From Raillietiella orientalis (lineage: Eukaryota), in the NCBI GenBank assembly GCA_036172245.1, contig JAYWIR010000014.1:4154001-4218000 (forward strand): a stretch of 64,000 nucleotides of DNA, written 5' to 3'. The position numbers and the translations under genes are program-made. The notes beneath the pieces are model-generated. The model was given only the letters and a program-made list of their open reading frames with translations, made no database searches and was not told the DNA's origin. This document shows, piece by piece, positions 48,700 through 62,329 of the stretch (positions are counted from its first letter, which is position 1; each line of letters begins with the position of its first letter).

Positions 48700-50370
48700 G
48701 CAAGGAACTTCGAAAATCGAAAAATCCAGCGACCGGTAGGAATTCCAGTCCGTCATCCGGCAAGGATAGTGATCTTTTGGTTTTTCGATTCGCAGCACCC
48801 ATCTCCCGTCAAAGGCATTCCTGAATGCTGGCGTCCTCCACAACACTGGGAGCGCTGGAGACCTGCACTCCAAGAGCGGGAAAAATTTCCGCACAGTGCC
48901 TACCCACTCTTTTTTCCCGATAATAGGAGGTAGGCACAGGAAGCTCCGTCTTCCCCCACACATTCCCCCTCCCCCCTCGCAGGAGAATTTCAGAGGGGAT
49001 GGGCCGGGCCTTCTCACCGCGTCCGCCGCTGGGAAATTCCCTTCCCGCTGCAGCGGAGCTTGGTGGGTACTGTGGTGACTTCGGGGAAGAAACCTTCTCT
49101 GATCACTTGATCGAAACAAAGAGGCGGATGCGCGAGAGAAAGCCAAAAAAAGAAGGAAAAAAAACACTTCGCGGGATGGCAGCGGAATCCCTGTCTTCCG
49201 TCCTTCCGCGGAAGAGCAGCATCCCAACGCGATTGTCTTCTCAGTCCAACGAAAGCAAGAAAGATTGGTGTGCATCAATCGGGAGTCTCTTTTTGATCAG
49301 GCGCAGAATGCTTCAGAAGGCGCAGAATACAGATAAAGCGATGCAGCCTTCCAGGACTTGGCTCCGGAAAGTTGCGAATGAATTGTTCTCCATTGTGCGC
49401 GGATACTGCCAGGGAAGCTGAAATCTTTGTCTTCCACACAAAGGAGCTCCTCGCCCTGAGCTCGGATTGGGGACGCAACTCCAGAGGGTATGTAGCAATG
49501 AATCCCTGATGTGTGCTGTCATTTCGAGCGTCCTTCGTGTTTGCATGTCCGAATATTTGGCTGAAGGGTCCGCCGTATTCGCTGTTCCCCTTCGAGTGTT
49601 CCCTTGGAGCGAAACTGGGAGATGCGGTTTGGGGATCCCTTCGTGATGAGAATGCGGACCCGCTTTCTTGTATTGGGGGAGAGGGAGAGTAAGGGGGTAC
49701 ATTCGTAAAAATTCTCAGTTCTTCACCCCTTCTTCCCCTTTCCTCCCGAGTGAATAAACGCGTATGCACGTGCGTTTCTGATGGAAGCAGCGGCATCGGA
49801 GGGAGAAGACTTGTGCAAGTGAAGGCGCAAAGAGACTCGTCTCCGAGGCAACTTGCTCCGGCTTCTGAATTATTGAAGTAAGCACAGAAGGATCAGGGTC
49901 AGCGAGCGTCGGAAATCCTTGTCCTCCTCTGGGCAGCGTGTTCGTCTCCCCCAGCCATTCCCTCCCGAAACACACGCTGCTTCCCGTTAGTGTTTCCTCG
50001 AGAGAACTCCGGTCTTTCTGGAAAACGAGAACACTCCAGGTTTTCTTTGTTATTCCAGACGTCAGAGATGCTAGACAAAATCTCCGAAAAAGTAAAAAAA
50101 AAAAAAAAAAAAAAGGGAGAGAAAGCGAGCACTCTTCCAGCCTGTATTCGGAACCTCAGAGTACCGTGCCGACGGAATTCCGAGATGCTGGGTGAGTTCA
50201 TATCTCCGCGTGAGGTTCGTGAGATGCTCTCTGCTTCTCCAAGTGCCTTCGCAGAGCTGAAATCCGAAGCGCCCAGCATGCTTGGCCAGCAACTATTTCC
50301 CCCTGTGAGTAAATCTGGATCCACGAGATTGAAATCGTTCCGGATCTTCCGCATGTCTTTCTTTTTATTT
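48700..50370 (+). mobile_element. I/Nimb-type LINE RT plus RNase H remnant
   Basis: FFDSQ, QENFRGDGPGLL (GxPQG-like), RPELGLG (RPxLDYG), LAEGSAVFAVP (GAFRTSP), AFAELKS (FxAELxA), in the expected order. Confidence 0.5.
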
Positions 50371-51349
50371 TCATTTTTTTTTTTTTTTTTTTTCTCAAGA
50401 GGGGAGGAAAGGGGAATTGATCTCTGCGGGTTTGAGTGGCGATTCAACTACGGAATGGGGGTGGTTTGAAAACTCGAAAATTTTGCTTGGCACTTCGTCG
50501 CTGAGGACCGAACGGAAAAACACCCCTGAAATCCTGTCTGGCACGAGCGCGAGCCACGAAGGATGGTGAAACTTCGGGCAGAATCAACAACAGGATGAAA
50601 TCAAATAGTTAAAATGAGAGCGAATGAAATTCGCGGGTTATCTCGGATGCCACTGGATTCTCCGTGTATTTGAAAACGGAAAGGTCCCCGGGAAAGCAGT
50701 CTGCAACTTTAATGGGATGCTTGGTAAGAGAGTAGCATTTCCTTCGCGTCAGGCTCGCCGAGCGCGCCGTAAACGCCAAATTTTGGAATGAATTCAACAG
50801 CTGCAAAAAACGAAAGAGCAGGAGGAGGCACGATGTCTTCACGGGCGAGGCCTTCCTAGACCAGCCAAAGCGATTGATCTTCATCGGCTAATCGTTTCGT
50901 TTTAAAATTCACCAATCAATCTCGGTTGTCGTCGGGGCCGAAGGGTTTTTGTCTCGCTGAACTCTCCAGGCTCCGTAGAGAGGGATTTTCGGCATCCATT
51001 TCCGAGGCGCATCGGCGGGAAGAACGGCCGAACCGAGCCGGGCATGGCATAAGCGCGATTCCATTGATTCTTTCCCAGCAACCGGGTCCTTTGAGTCTCA
51101 CCCACTGCTTTTCACGGCATCTCGAATTGCACCCGTACTTTGTGCAGTTGACGACTGTCGGGAACACCGTGTTGTTGGGTGCGCCGCGTTCCGTACTGCG
51201 ATTAATTATTCAGAAGCGAGCTGCAAGAACTTCACGATGGCCACGCAGGCTTTTGAAAAAAAAAGTCTTTCGTCTCCTATCCTTTGGTTTCTAAAGCCGA
51301 AAATTCACTTAGAGGTATGCCCTTAGAGAGCACAGACCGGAAATATCAG

Positions 51350-52250
51350 ATTTACCTGAGGTGCTCACATAAAAGGATGAGAGTTGTAGACGAAAAGAGG
51401 AAGTAATTCTTCGTTACGTTGGATGGAGGAGAATTCTCTAAACAGTACAAATCCCGTCTCGTGACTCGGATACCCACCAGAAGCCGAAAGTAGGGAGTGA
51501 GTCCTCGAAGCGAGCCCGCTATCGAAAAGTGGGGGGTGTTTTCGATGAAGTTTTTGCCAATGCGTGGCGACAAAAGGAAACATCCCGATCCCGCGTCTCG
51601 GTCTTCCTTCATCCTAGAAAGCGTAGAATCGTCCGCATGACTTTCTAAGCGAGGTAGAATGAAGAGATCATTTCCGCTTTCGAAATCTCGTGCAGCTGCC
51701 CACAAGAGAGAAGTTCAGCTGACATGAGCAGCAGCAAAGGTGCGAAGAGCTGACTGCATCTCCTTCCACGCTTGGTCTTGCTGACTGCTGAAAACAGTGG
51801 ATGCATCGCAGCGATCAGATACGATAGGCGCAAGACTTCAGTCTGCGCTCTCCTGTAAGGACAAACGCTAAGAGCATGGTGTTTTTCCATGCATCTACAG
51901 ATTCCCTGACCTCCACTCCAGAAAACGTTACTTTCGTCCATCCACACTCAATGCTCTCACTGAACAACGCCGGATCATCCGCTAAGTTGCTTGTTTCATC
52001 TGATGGTGCGACAAAGGAAGAAAATCCCAGCTAAACCTCCCGTGATCTGCGGCGACCGTTTTTCCGTTCCTCCCTGCATGTTCCTCCGTTCATCTGAAGC
52101 TTCTCGAATTTTTATCTCTTCGGGGAAACAAAGAGAGAGCATCATCCTGAGCGATAGCATCATCTGTGGAACAGCGGCTGCAGAGTCCCATGTAACTTTG
52201 AGGACCAGTTTTGCTTCCATTCTAGACAGTCTACTAATAAATTTATTGTA
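51350..52250 (-). mobile_element. Tc1/mariner-superfamily transposase remnant
   Basis: VWMDESNVF (first catalytic D, ~51947) and GSLRGLTPYFRLLVG..RDLY (WPxRSPDLTPxDFxLWG..VY-like, ~51445-51520). No TIRs identified. Confidence 0.5.
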
Positions 52251-52449
52251 ACACATCTTGAAATGTTTTACAGAAATGCATCCGAAAGATCTGATCCTCC
52301 AATGGATGACCATCTGTTTTAGGTAATTCTGATAGTCATGCTGCTCCAATATCACTTTCATCTTTTTTTTTTTGACTCTCTCTGAAGAAAAAAACAAAAC
52401 GAAAAATCATGTCGAATTAAGTCAGCATAAATTCCTATGATTCTGGATG

Positions 52450-53700
52450 CTGGAGATTGTCAGTGCTCTGCATCGCATCGAGACAAGAGAACACTCGCGC
52501 GAATACTTCCGAGGCGAATTTCTGCCTTACACGAAATCTATCAAGGAATACGCGGGTATACCATTTTGCTGGAATGATGTCTGCGTCCAGGGAATGGAGC
52601 ACCATAGATCTAGAACGAAGAAAAATCCTTCGGCATTAGAGGGACACCTGGAATTCAGGAACTATGAATCGATAGGAAGCATGAAGCGTCTAATGGATGA
52701 TGCCATTGAACCGACAAGCTCTAGGACTTTCATCCCACTGAGCATCAATGGTCTTTTTCCCACGATGGCTGCCTCGCACCAATCACACGAGTCAACAGTG
52801 GATCGAGAGAACACTCTCCACTTCGTGCGGCGATCCTGGTGATGATACCGGAGAAAATCCTTTCCTCCTCTTGCGGAGATCGAATACCAAGAGAGTATTC
52901 GGCGACGCGGAGACGAGCGCACGCTCGGGAGATGGAGGCGCTGCAGAGGGATCGTGGAGCTTGCACGTGCCGTTCCAAGCAGCGGCTATCCACGACCACA
53001 GAAGACGGAAATGCACTCACTGCGCGTAACTCAAGGCACCGTGAGATGCATTCTCATGGTGGAGCAAATCGTGAGGAAGAGCTCTAGGGTCAGATGTCAT
53101 CAGATTCCGAACCAGCTTCCTCAGAAATCAGCCATCAAGAGACGACTGCATAAAGCAAAACACCCCGTGCATTAACCGAATAACACGTTGACGTAACAAA
53201 CACTCTGAAGCAGACTCGCAGCCGAACCGGGGTCAAGTTGGCGCACGTGCTCTCTCCCTTCCGAAGGCGCGCTGCCATCATTCCTTCCATCTGCTGTGTA
53301 AACAAAGAGCACGCGGGAAACAAGGAGGAATATGCAATAATGTCGCCCACTCTCAGGCAGGACAAGCTCTTTCATGGGACTGAAGAGGGAAGAGCTCCAT
53401 CAAATCAAGCAGCCAAGTCCGTGGAAAGAAGTGCCTTCCGGAAGGGCAAAAGAAGACTCGGTCTGCGGGTACACGGAAACGAAGGATGCGCGGACGCACA
53501 GAAGAGTCTCCGTCTTCCTCGTTGGCAGCTGGGAGAAAGAAATCAACATGAAAAGGGTTTTGTGCGGCTTCTGAAGAGCGCAGGCGCTCCCGCCAAAGCC
53601 TGAGTGCAGGAAGCAAGAATGTTTGGGAATCCCAGCGTTCCCTGCTCTGTCGCTGGCAGAGGTGTGAGGCATGGCCTGTCGGTCTGAAACTCCCCGTAGG
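52450..53700 (+). mobile_element. Possible third RLE-type non-LTR remnant
   Basis: KCTHC knuckle remnant, TLRQD (LRPD-like), SAFRKGK, VFLVGSWEKEINMKRVL. Confidence 0.35.
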
Positions 53701-54449
53701 AAAGTCGAGATCTTTCTTGAAAGCTCTTTTCGGCAAGATGCGAAACGGTGGCTCCCAGCCAAGCCCACATGGAAGCGGTGAGGACTGGAAGCTGCAAGCG
53801 CAAGAGACGGGGGATGTTTGACTTTAGATGAAAGGGATCTGGGATAGCCGACTCATTAAACACAGGAAGCCTCGCGAAATGCTTCCGCGATAAACAAACC
53901 CATCCTCTTCGGAAGGATTCGGGATTCCAAGATGGCCGACACGGACCATGTTGGGATCCTGGATCGAGCCATTTCGCGAAGCAGAGTTTCCCGCGCAGCG
54001 AACTGGCTCTGATGTGGCTTTCCAATGTTGCCTCTCCGTCCGGTGGGCGAGCTGAGGTATTCGAATCCTGTTTCGAAAGAGAAGGATCATGGGAGAGCGT
54101 CCAGAGGGCTGAAGAAAAGTTGAGGAAGCAGTAGGTCCCTTTCCTCTGCTCCCGTGTTGTTAAAGAGATAACCCCTAGCTTGCATGCCACTCTCTTTTTC
54201 CGGTTCTGTGAGAGTTTTCAGATGGTCAGCAGGTGATGCGTGCGTTGCGATCCGCTGACTCGGCTGATTCGCCGCTGGCCGAAAACCCAAATTTCCACGT
54301 GAGAACGGTTCCCTCAGAAGTCGACCACCCCGGCAAGTGTATTCAGGACAGGACTGACGCAAAGCGCCAGCATTCGAAAGGAATCATCGTCCACCCGTTG
54401 TGTTGAGCATGCACTTGATGCGTAACTGCTTGACCCACTGACCTAAGGT

Positions 54450-55400
54450 GCACTGCACGAAAACTCTACTGGAGTCCTTTTCTGTGAATGGCCGAGCAAT
54501 TCCTGGAACGAGCGTGTGGGGTTCTGTTCAGCAAGTCTTGTGCTCTTTAGGTCCAGTTCCGTAGGTTCGTTTCCTCCAGGTCCTTGTGCTCACCTTTCAT
54601 CGGAGAGCACCGGATGCATAGGGTTTTCTGGTTCCCGTGTCTGCGCTTCCCGGTGCCCAACCTGCTTGGGAATGGGTGCTGATCCTACCGAACCCTCATT
54701 CGGACGTGTGGACATCACGTGTAGTGCATCTCGCTAACGAGCCCCCGGTGCACACATTCCCAAAATGCTTTCTTGGGACTCCAGTTACCGGAGGAGCACT
54801 GATTGCCCACAGGGAACGGGGACAATCGCAAAGCAATGCCAGACTCACTCCCAGCTGTTCTGCATCCCTCTTTCACGAAAAGGATTTAGTGATAAACCTG
54901 CGAGCTCTTGGATCATCGGTGTGGGAACGCCGCTTCCGAAGATGGTGGTGGAGGTGTCAGTCTGGCTACTAGCTTCTGTGGTCAGCCCAAGCTGAATAGA
55001 GTTACGTAGGCCAATACACGAACTGGAAAGTCATTACCCCTCACCTCTTCCCGAAGCCGGAAAAAAAAATGTTCCTCTCGGTTCCCGTCCTGTCTACTCT
55101 CGCTTTCGGATCGCCACTGCTTCTCGAAGGACGTCCCTTGTTTTCGTGCGGTTGTTTGCTTCCGCTTTACCCTAGGATGAACCTCGTCTTCCGCTTCCGT
55201 GGAAGCGACTCCCACAGGAAACTGCTGCTCTCCAGGCTAGCAGCCCAAGTGGGGGCTTTTTTTCTTGGCCCCATCTCAGTCCTCGCGAGACGCACATCAC
55301 TTTCCTTGATCGCTTGCTGGCTGAAAGGAAAACTGGCCTGAACAGCTTCTGAAGGTCAGAGACGATGCTGGGAATCCGAGACCCTCAGTTGTCTCAGGAG
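54450..55400 (-). mobile_element. Tx1/L1 ORF2 linker fragment
   Basis: RSES..RQDGNREEHFFFRL resembles RSRxxWxxxGExxTxYFF. Confidence 0.4.
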
Positions 55401-55419
55401 ATGCTGCATGGAAAGGGAA

Positions 55420-56370
55420 GTCGTTTGTGTCACATATCAACGACCCGATGAGGATTGCGTCAGTGATGCATACAGCCCTCCCCTACCCCGAAATGGGTGC
55501 AAAGAGAAGCAAAGAGGAAAGGTTGCGTGGGCTGAATCGAAAGGGAAATTTAAATTGCGGCGGCCAAAATCGCGGACTCTCCTCTCTCCCAGCCACTTTC
55601 TCCCGAAAGTGGGGATCGTCGATGCAGGCCCTGACGAATTGGATGCGCTCATCCCTCCCAGTTACCACTGCGCTCTTCGAGTCGTCGTCATCGCAAGACT
55701 AAACGAGTTTCATGAGGCACGCCACCAGAGGGGTGGGAAAAAAAATCAAAATCTCGAGTGCACTTCCTACGTTCCGGAGCTCATCCTTCCCGCTTGGCGT
55801 TCCTGCAGGAGCAACCAGGAAGACGGGGGCGCGTATCTTCCGAAGCGCTACACTACCTGGAATCAGATGTGCAATTCTTGTCGAGCGATGGACGTCGAAA
55901 GTTCAAAAGACTCAGGTCAGGATCAATGACCGACCTCATACTGCCCACCACTGAAGTTGATCCTTGAAGAGAGTTCCTCCAGCTGGGGATTTTTTTTTTT
56001 TTTTGGAGTATGTAGGATGGAATTTTGCTGGATGCAAACTCTGAGGGATTCATCTGATCATCGTTGGAAACCATGAAAATCTGTGGGTCTTGGAGTGCTC
56101 TCTGAGTGCCTTCGTTGGTGACGTATGACGATGACCCGTAACAAAGGATGCGTGTTCGGTCATCAAGGACATTAAGAATAACATGATTCGAAGCAACTCA
56201 AGAAAGAGCTGTGCGGCTTCTTGGGATAGCTCAGATGCACCTTGCTCCCCAGCCAGCAGATTTCCTGAACCCTCGAATCTCCCTCTGAGATGCGGCTTCG
56301 TGCTCCTCACCGAAGAGCTGAGGGGCTGCCATATCTCCCCCGTCTCTTCTGCTTCAGCGCAGAATCTCTG
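55420..56370 (+). mobile_element. AP-endonuclease remnant of an I/Jockey-type LINE
   Basis: VSDAYSPP (SxYxPP), IVDAGPDELDAL (GDxNA-like), GSMTDLIL (SxIDL). Confidence 0.35.
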
Positions 56371-56384
56371 ATCTCACAGCAGTC

Positions 56385-59300
56385 AGCTCTTTGAACCCGA
56401 GCCACCTTTGCAGAGGCCTTCTAAGGTTTCGGGCCACCCAGACTGCCTTTTCGTCGAAAGGCGTGATGACGACAGCGCATCTTCTCTGTCCCGGGCTGGC
56501 TTCAGAAAAGCACCCCATGGGTCGGGGAACACGGAGAAGCCCTGCATCTTCGGAGGGAGTCCACCCAAATGTGCCCGAGTAGGGTCCTCGCGACGTCTGT
56601 CATCCCGGAGACATAACGGCCTGCGGTCGCCATTCCTCCAAGTACACGAATGTACACACACAGTGAAATGTGTATGTAAACAATGAAACTTATACGTATA
56701 TACGCGTGCATGTACACAAATACTGATAAACGTACATGCATCTTGAATTTTTTTTTTTGAAAAAAAAAAAAGGTATTCATCCGGGATGCATTCTCCGTCC
56801 GGAGTCTCCTCCGCATCCCACTGAACTCCCGGCATACCCCGGAAGCGCGAGAAGCAAGCTGTCCAGGAAATGTCCCTCGAGAATTCCGTCAGAGAACGCC
56901 GACCGAAGGCGCTCCTGTTCGATCGAGAGATGATACTGCGGCTCGTTTCCAAGAGGGCAGACCAGCTACCATCCCGGCGAAGCCAAGTCAGAGAAGAGAG
57001 GACCCTAGCCTTTCTCTCCAGCCCAATGGCTCCTTCCTTTTCGTAACTCGAGATCGGGGGCATCTGAGCAAGATCCGGGACGCCGAAGCACGCAAATCTG
57101 AGACAACTCGGGGAAACGAGGTGCACGGTCTTTCGGTTTCTCGCCCGAAGTCGGGAAGCCTCCGCCCGGCCAGCAGCTGACTGCAAACGGAAGCGCCCCA
57201 AGCATCAGATCCGAGAACCTCCGAAGATACGAGGAAAAGAGACCTGGATGCTTCTCTGCCCGCGAACCGTGAGTTGCTCTCGTCCCTGTGGCGAGGAAAC
57301 GCGGAGCGGATTCTCATCAGGAGGAAATTTGCTGTTGCCGTACCTCCACAGAGCGCACAAGCTCCCGTCCGAAGGGACGCGGAGCGGCTTCGCGTGGGGA
57401 TTACGGGGAGCTCCCCCACGAGAGGATGCCCGCCAAAGAGTTTCCATCTAGATCGACCTCGGCACCTGGGATAGGCCGAGTCTTGGAGAAGAGGAAATGC
57501 GCCTTCCCCGGAAGCATCGTGCGGGAGCGACTCTTCCTCGCCCGAGGCACCCTCGAAAGAGGCGTCGTTCAGCAGGAGGGCTCTGCCTCCTCGCGTGCGC
57601 CCTCCGGACCGGACGCGCATCGGACGGGAGGTACTTTGTGCCCCCGACCGCCATCTGGAAATCCGGGATCGATACAGATCGTCCCCTCACGTCAGCGGGT
57701 TCCCCTCCTCTGACGCAAGGGGACGGGCGGCTTGGATCCCTGCAGCGGGAGGAGGTTTTCCGGAAGAGGAAGGCGGCGAAGAGGAAGGACGTCTGCAGGT
57801 GTCGGAGTCATGGAGAAGATGAAGAGGGACAGAGGGGAACGCAGGAAATAGGGAGTTCTTGCGCTTTCTCTGGAGACGCGTTTCCTGGGAGAGAGAAGAA
57901 AGGGTTTGGTGGTTGTGCCCGACAAGGGACATGACCGCGCTGCGCCAGGGTGGAGCCTCCGAGGTCCCGCGGATGTGTGGCCGCAGGAAAGAGGAGGGAG
58001 GAGGGGACGCGTTCGGAAGAAACTCCTTCCCTCCTCCCTTCCTTCTTCTTTCCTCCGAGTCTTCGCAGGAGCGAGGCTCGACAGAGGATCTCGGGAGGGA
58101 ACAGGAAAACGACCTGGCGAAGGAAGGGTGGCGCTCTTCTTCTTCCAGGGATCCCAGAAGGAAATCTTCGGCCCGGGAATGACTCCCTTCCTGAGAAGTC
58201 GTCATCGGCATCCACCACGAGTTGACCTGATTGACGGAGACTCGGAGAAAGGGGAGAGGGAACCTCGAGCGATTCCATTCCCGTCCTCATTCTTCTCTTT
58301 CCCTTCCACCTCGTCCCTTCCTTCGGGAAATGTAAAGCACGAGGGAGGATCGGATGGAGGGACGCCCTTCACCCCTCGGCCCTTGGGAAAAAGTTGGGCC
58401 GAGGGGTAAAGGGCGTCCATATCTTCCGACGTGGGGGAGGGTCTCCTTGATCCGGGAGAATCACGCGACCGAGGGAGCGAGTTCCTGGAAGGCAAGGAAG
58501 GGGGGAAGGGAGGGAGACTTGGGGACCGAGAAAAAACGTGCGCGGTTTAGGGTGGAAGCTCGGCGGCGCCTTTTCGGAAAGCGCCGCCTATCGGAATTCC
58601 CCGGCCTGGGCTTCTCGAGGAAGACAAGAGCAATCGGCATCCCGCGGGACGCCCTCTGCATTCCCGCCATCCCACTGTTCCTTCGCCTGCAAACCGCCTT
58701 TCCCCCCCTCTCCACGCTAGCGGCTACTCCCGCGCGCGCCACTGTCCTTGAGCGCAGGCTCCGGGACGGCTTCGGGAGCGAGAGGGATGAAGGGGTCCTC
58801 CGGGGATCGGTTCCGCTCCCGGCGCTCACCCCCTACGGTTCCGCTCCCGGTTTGGGGCGGCGTTCCGGAGCGGAAAGTTGGTAAGGGGCAGGAGGAGGGG
58901 GAAGAGAAGTGGGGCGAGGGGAAGGAAAGTGCCCAACTGCCACTTCAGTCTCTTCTTCTCTTCCGTTCTCTAGGTCAGCCAGGGATGAGCGCCCAGCTCG
59001 CCATCATGGAGACGGTGGCTGCCAAGATCCGGAAAATGTCGTCTGCATCCGAGGACCCCAAGAGGTCGAGAATCAAGGTAAGGCCACGCCCACCCACCGC
59101 CTTCCTTGCGGGGGCGAGAATTGCAGCAGCAAGGGGAAAACCCTCTGGGACCGGGGCCGGGCTCCGCGGCCGGGAAGGGTCCGTCCGCACGCGCTTCGAT
59201 AGGACTTCGATGGACGCTGCGGGTGCCCGAGGGAACGAACCTTCACCACGACCTCCCCCGAGGAGAGTCATGTGCCGTGGAAAAGGGTGGGAGTGGCGAC

Positions 59301-60800
59301 CCAGCGCAGTGTTCTCACCAAAGGGGAAACCTTTTCGGGGGATCTGCTCCCCACCTGTGGTTCCACTTTCCCCTGTCGGCTCCAGATGGCCCGAGGGGAT
59401 GAACGCGAGGACGGACGATGGCTCCCAGCCGAAGAAACGATCCTCCTAGGAGCAGCAGACCCGTCCTGACCTGTTTCAACCTCGCAGGCGTGAGGTCACA
59501 CATTGGAAGGTCAAATTTGAGGACCCCTCGATGTGGCAGTCCTGATCGTCTCCCCCTCTGATTCTTAGCACCTCTGACGTCACCGGTGAGGGAAGGAGTC
59601 GCCATCGCGCACCGTCCCCTGCGGCCGAAGCCGGGAAAAGCACCGGAAGGCAGGGTGGAGTCCCTCCTGTTGGATTTGTGTAGCTGTTTCCTCCCGTGAG
59701 GAAACCCACATCGATCCTATTCCCTTTCAGACCCCTGACGGATTCCGGGAGGTCCCTCCATGAGGCCTACGGGAATCCTCCACCTCTCCCGTGGTCCTCC
59801 ATCGCTTCCTCAGCTGCCGGACGCAAGGCGCCGCGGACTCGGAAAGCCGGTTCTTCCCCGTCTTCCTGGTCCACCACCGGATAGCAGACCCCATGAGGTG
59901 GTCCTAATAGACTTCTTTCTCTTTCTCTCGCGCCCGACTTCCCACTGTAACCGTAACCTGGGGCGCACTCGGGGGCTCTGGGTCCCTTCTCCCCGCTGAG
60001 GTCGGCCGAGGTCGGCATCGTCTCCGCCACTGCGTCCTTTCCTCGGTCGCTACCGGGAGAGGGGGAGAGAAGGAAAGGAGGCAGTCTCTTGAGGATTGAA
60101 GTAGGTAAGGGTAGGACGGGAGGAATTCCGGAAGCTCCCTTCAATAAAATGACTCACGCTTTCCGACCCCATCCCTGCCTCTGGTGCCCCCCTCCTCGCT
60201 CACAACCAAGCCAGAGCTCCAGTGACTCCACCCTTACCTACTCCCATCGTCGAGAGAATTCACTCCTTCTTACTTCCCCTCCCTCCCAGTTGCGACCGAA
60301 AGGGTTTTTGCGGGCGTGGAGGTCAATGCACACGAAAGAACTAGGCTTCCTAGGGCACGTCGGCAGGAAAGCGGGCCCTCGGGCCATCTGCCCTCCGTCT
60401 CCAGTCACGGGACGGACCGGCTATCTTTAGCTGCTCTGCGCGACCGGGAGCCCCGTATTGCCTCCCTTCCAAGGCAGCTGGGGCCTCGCGGAACGACTGG
60501 CTGCTCCTGGATGGCGCAGTGCGGTGGCTCTGCAGGAGGGAAGGAAAGGGGGAGAGGGAAGAGGGGGTCAACCAAGGAGGATTCGCAGGCGCTAGCCTCG
60601 CTGGCCATCGCGTTCGCAGAGGCGACTCTCAGGTCGCGCGCGGGTCTGGAGGAAGGACAAATTCGCGGACTCTTCCCACGGGGACCGGAAGCGAACATTT
60701 CTTTTTCCTCAAATGGGGACCCCCCCGTTGTACTCCTGGAACTTTTCCCTTCTTTCCCTACCTCTGTGCCCGGTGAATGAGGATGTCCAGCAAAATACGG
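56385..60800 (-). mobile_element. Long degenerate Tx1/L1-type LINE (ORF1, endonuclease, RT)
   Basis: ORF1-like RQYG..TG; endonuclease motifs SRLRG*N, GRGLTLILDL, STLNRARFF, KGRGVK; RT TANFLLMRIRSAFPRHRDESNSRFAGR (LAxRLxxVLxxxIxxxQxxFVxGR) and DGSWSA. Interrupted by an AT-rich stretch at ~56640-56770. Confidence 0.65.
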
Positions 60801-61029
60801 AAATGTCCGCGTTGCACTAGTCCGGGCTCTGTCAACCCCAGCGGACGGCAGGTGGCGGGAGAAGCTGAGAGTGAGAGGTCACTCCGATCCGATTCCAGAC
60901 GCGTCCACCAGCGGAGGGATGGGGGGGAAAGGGAGAACTGGGCACGTCGAGTTGTAAGTCGCATGCCCTTTTGGGCCCAGATGAAGGGGTTGGGCGGAGG
61001 GATCTTGTTGTCGGTGAGAAATTCAAGCC

Positions 61030-61970
61030 GAATAGGACCTTCCGAGGATTTTTAGGAGGACGAAGGTTCCAGTCTTCCTGCGTAGTGAAGTAGGCAGGCG
61101 GCTACGCTGCAGGTAATGAGCGGCCGTCGGCCGTGCGTAGGTTGCACGCTGCGTCCTCTCCTGGAACTTCCTCGAAGTTGCGCCCGTGGGCCTTGGGCAG
61201 GAAGTGGCGCTCCGCCTGACTTCGGTCCCTCGGACGAACCAGAGCTGCCCCTGGCAGCCCTCTCGGAACGAGCCATGACCGGGAAAAGATTGCCACACTT
61301 CTCCGCACCCGCAGCGCAGAGGAACGGACCGGCTGCTCACGGAATGCCGTCGCGTCGCTAGCGGATGCTGACCTGGACGCGGAAGTGAGAGGGTGCCTGA
61401 CCTCCGCACAGCATCGCGCGCGCGTTCCACGTGGCGGAGGCATCTTCCTCTTCCCGGAAAGCTCTCGGTCTCCCGCTTCCTCGGGCGAGCTAATGGGATG
61501 TTCCGAGGCGGCCGCCGTTCCGACGAAACGCGGATGCGGAAGGGGCGGCAGCCAAAAGTTGAGGAGTGCCCTCCGCGCGCGCGCTGAAAAGGCGTCCGCG
61601 GGACCTCGAAGTGGCCGCCGGACCTCGGGGGAATTTCGGAGCCGGCGACCCCCCACCTCGCGCGGAGGGAGGCAACTTCCGTGCACCCTGAGCCAGAAAC
61701 GCCCCCCCCCCTTCCCCCCCCGAAAGTTGTCTCGCCCCGTGAGTGGGTGCGACGCAACCGTTCCAATCGCAACGCCATCGTCTCGTGGAGACGGGAGCAG
61801 GAGGCGAAAGCAGCTGGCGCTCCGCCGGGCTTCGTCTGGCTCGAGAGGAAGGAAGAAAGGAAAACGCGGCGGGTATGCGCTTCTCTCGTGGAACACGAAA
61901 CTCCGCGGGAAGTCCAGATCCGCAGGCCAGGAGATGTCACTGATGAAACGGAGCCCACGGGAGCACATTT
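61030..61970 (-). mobile_element. Possible LINE ORF1 (gag-like knuckle) remnant
   Basis: VPLRCGC..QSFPGH..GC resembles I/Jockey ORF1 PLRCxxCQxFGHxxxxC. Confidence 0.35.
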
Positions 61971-62329
61971 TTTGAGCTTGCCCAGTTATCTCTAGCGAAG
62001 ATCTGTGGTCGCAGTCGCGCTCTGCAGCTTCCGTGTATTTTTAGACTCGACGATTGTAGACGTCGATCGGATAGCAGTGCTGTGCAGCTTCTGAGTTATC
62101 GGCCCAGCGTGGCGGAAAAGGAAGGGGCCAAACGCTGACGAGGTAGCTGAGAGCTATTGCCTTCCACGCTGTATACACGCGGAACGATTTTCGTCCGCAC
62201 GCCGACTCTCCCTTTATCTTTGCTCGGCATTACGAACCCGCGTCGGGGTGGAGAAAAATCTGCTCCTGCAGCCGCTGCTGGCTCTGTCCGGTTCTCGAAT
62301 TTCTTCCGTGTTTCCCGAACGGCACGCTG

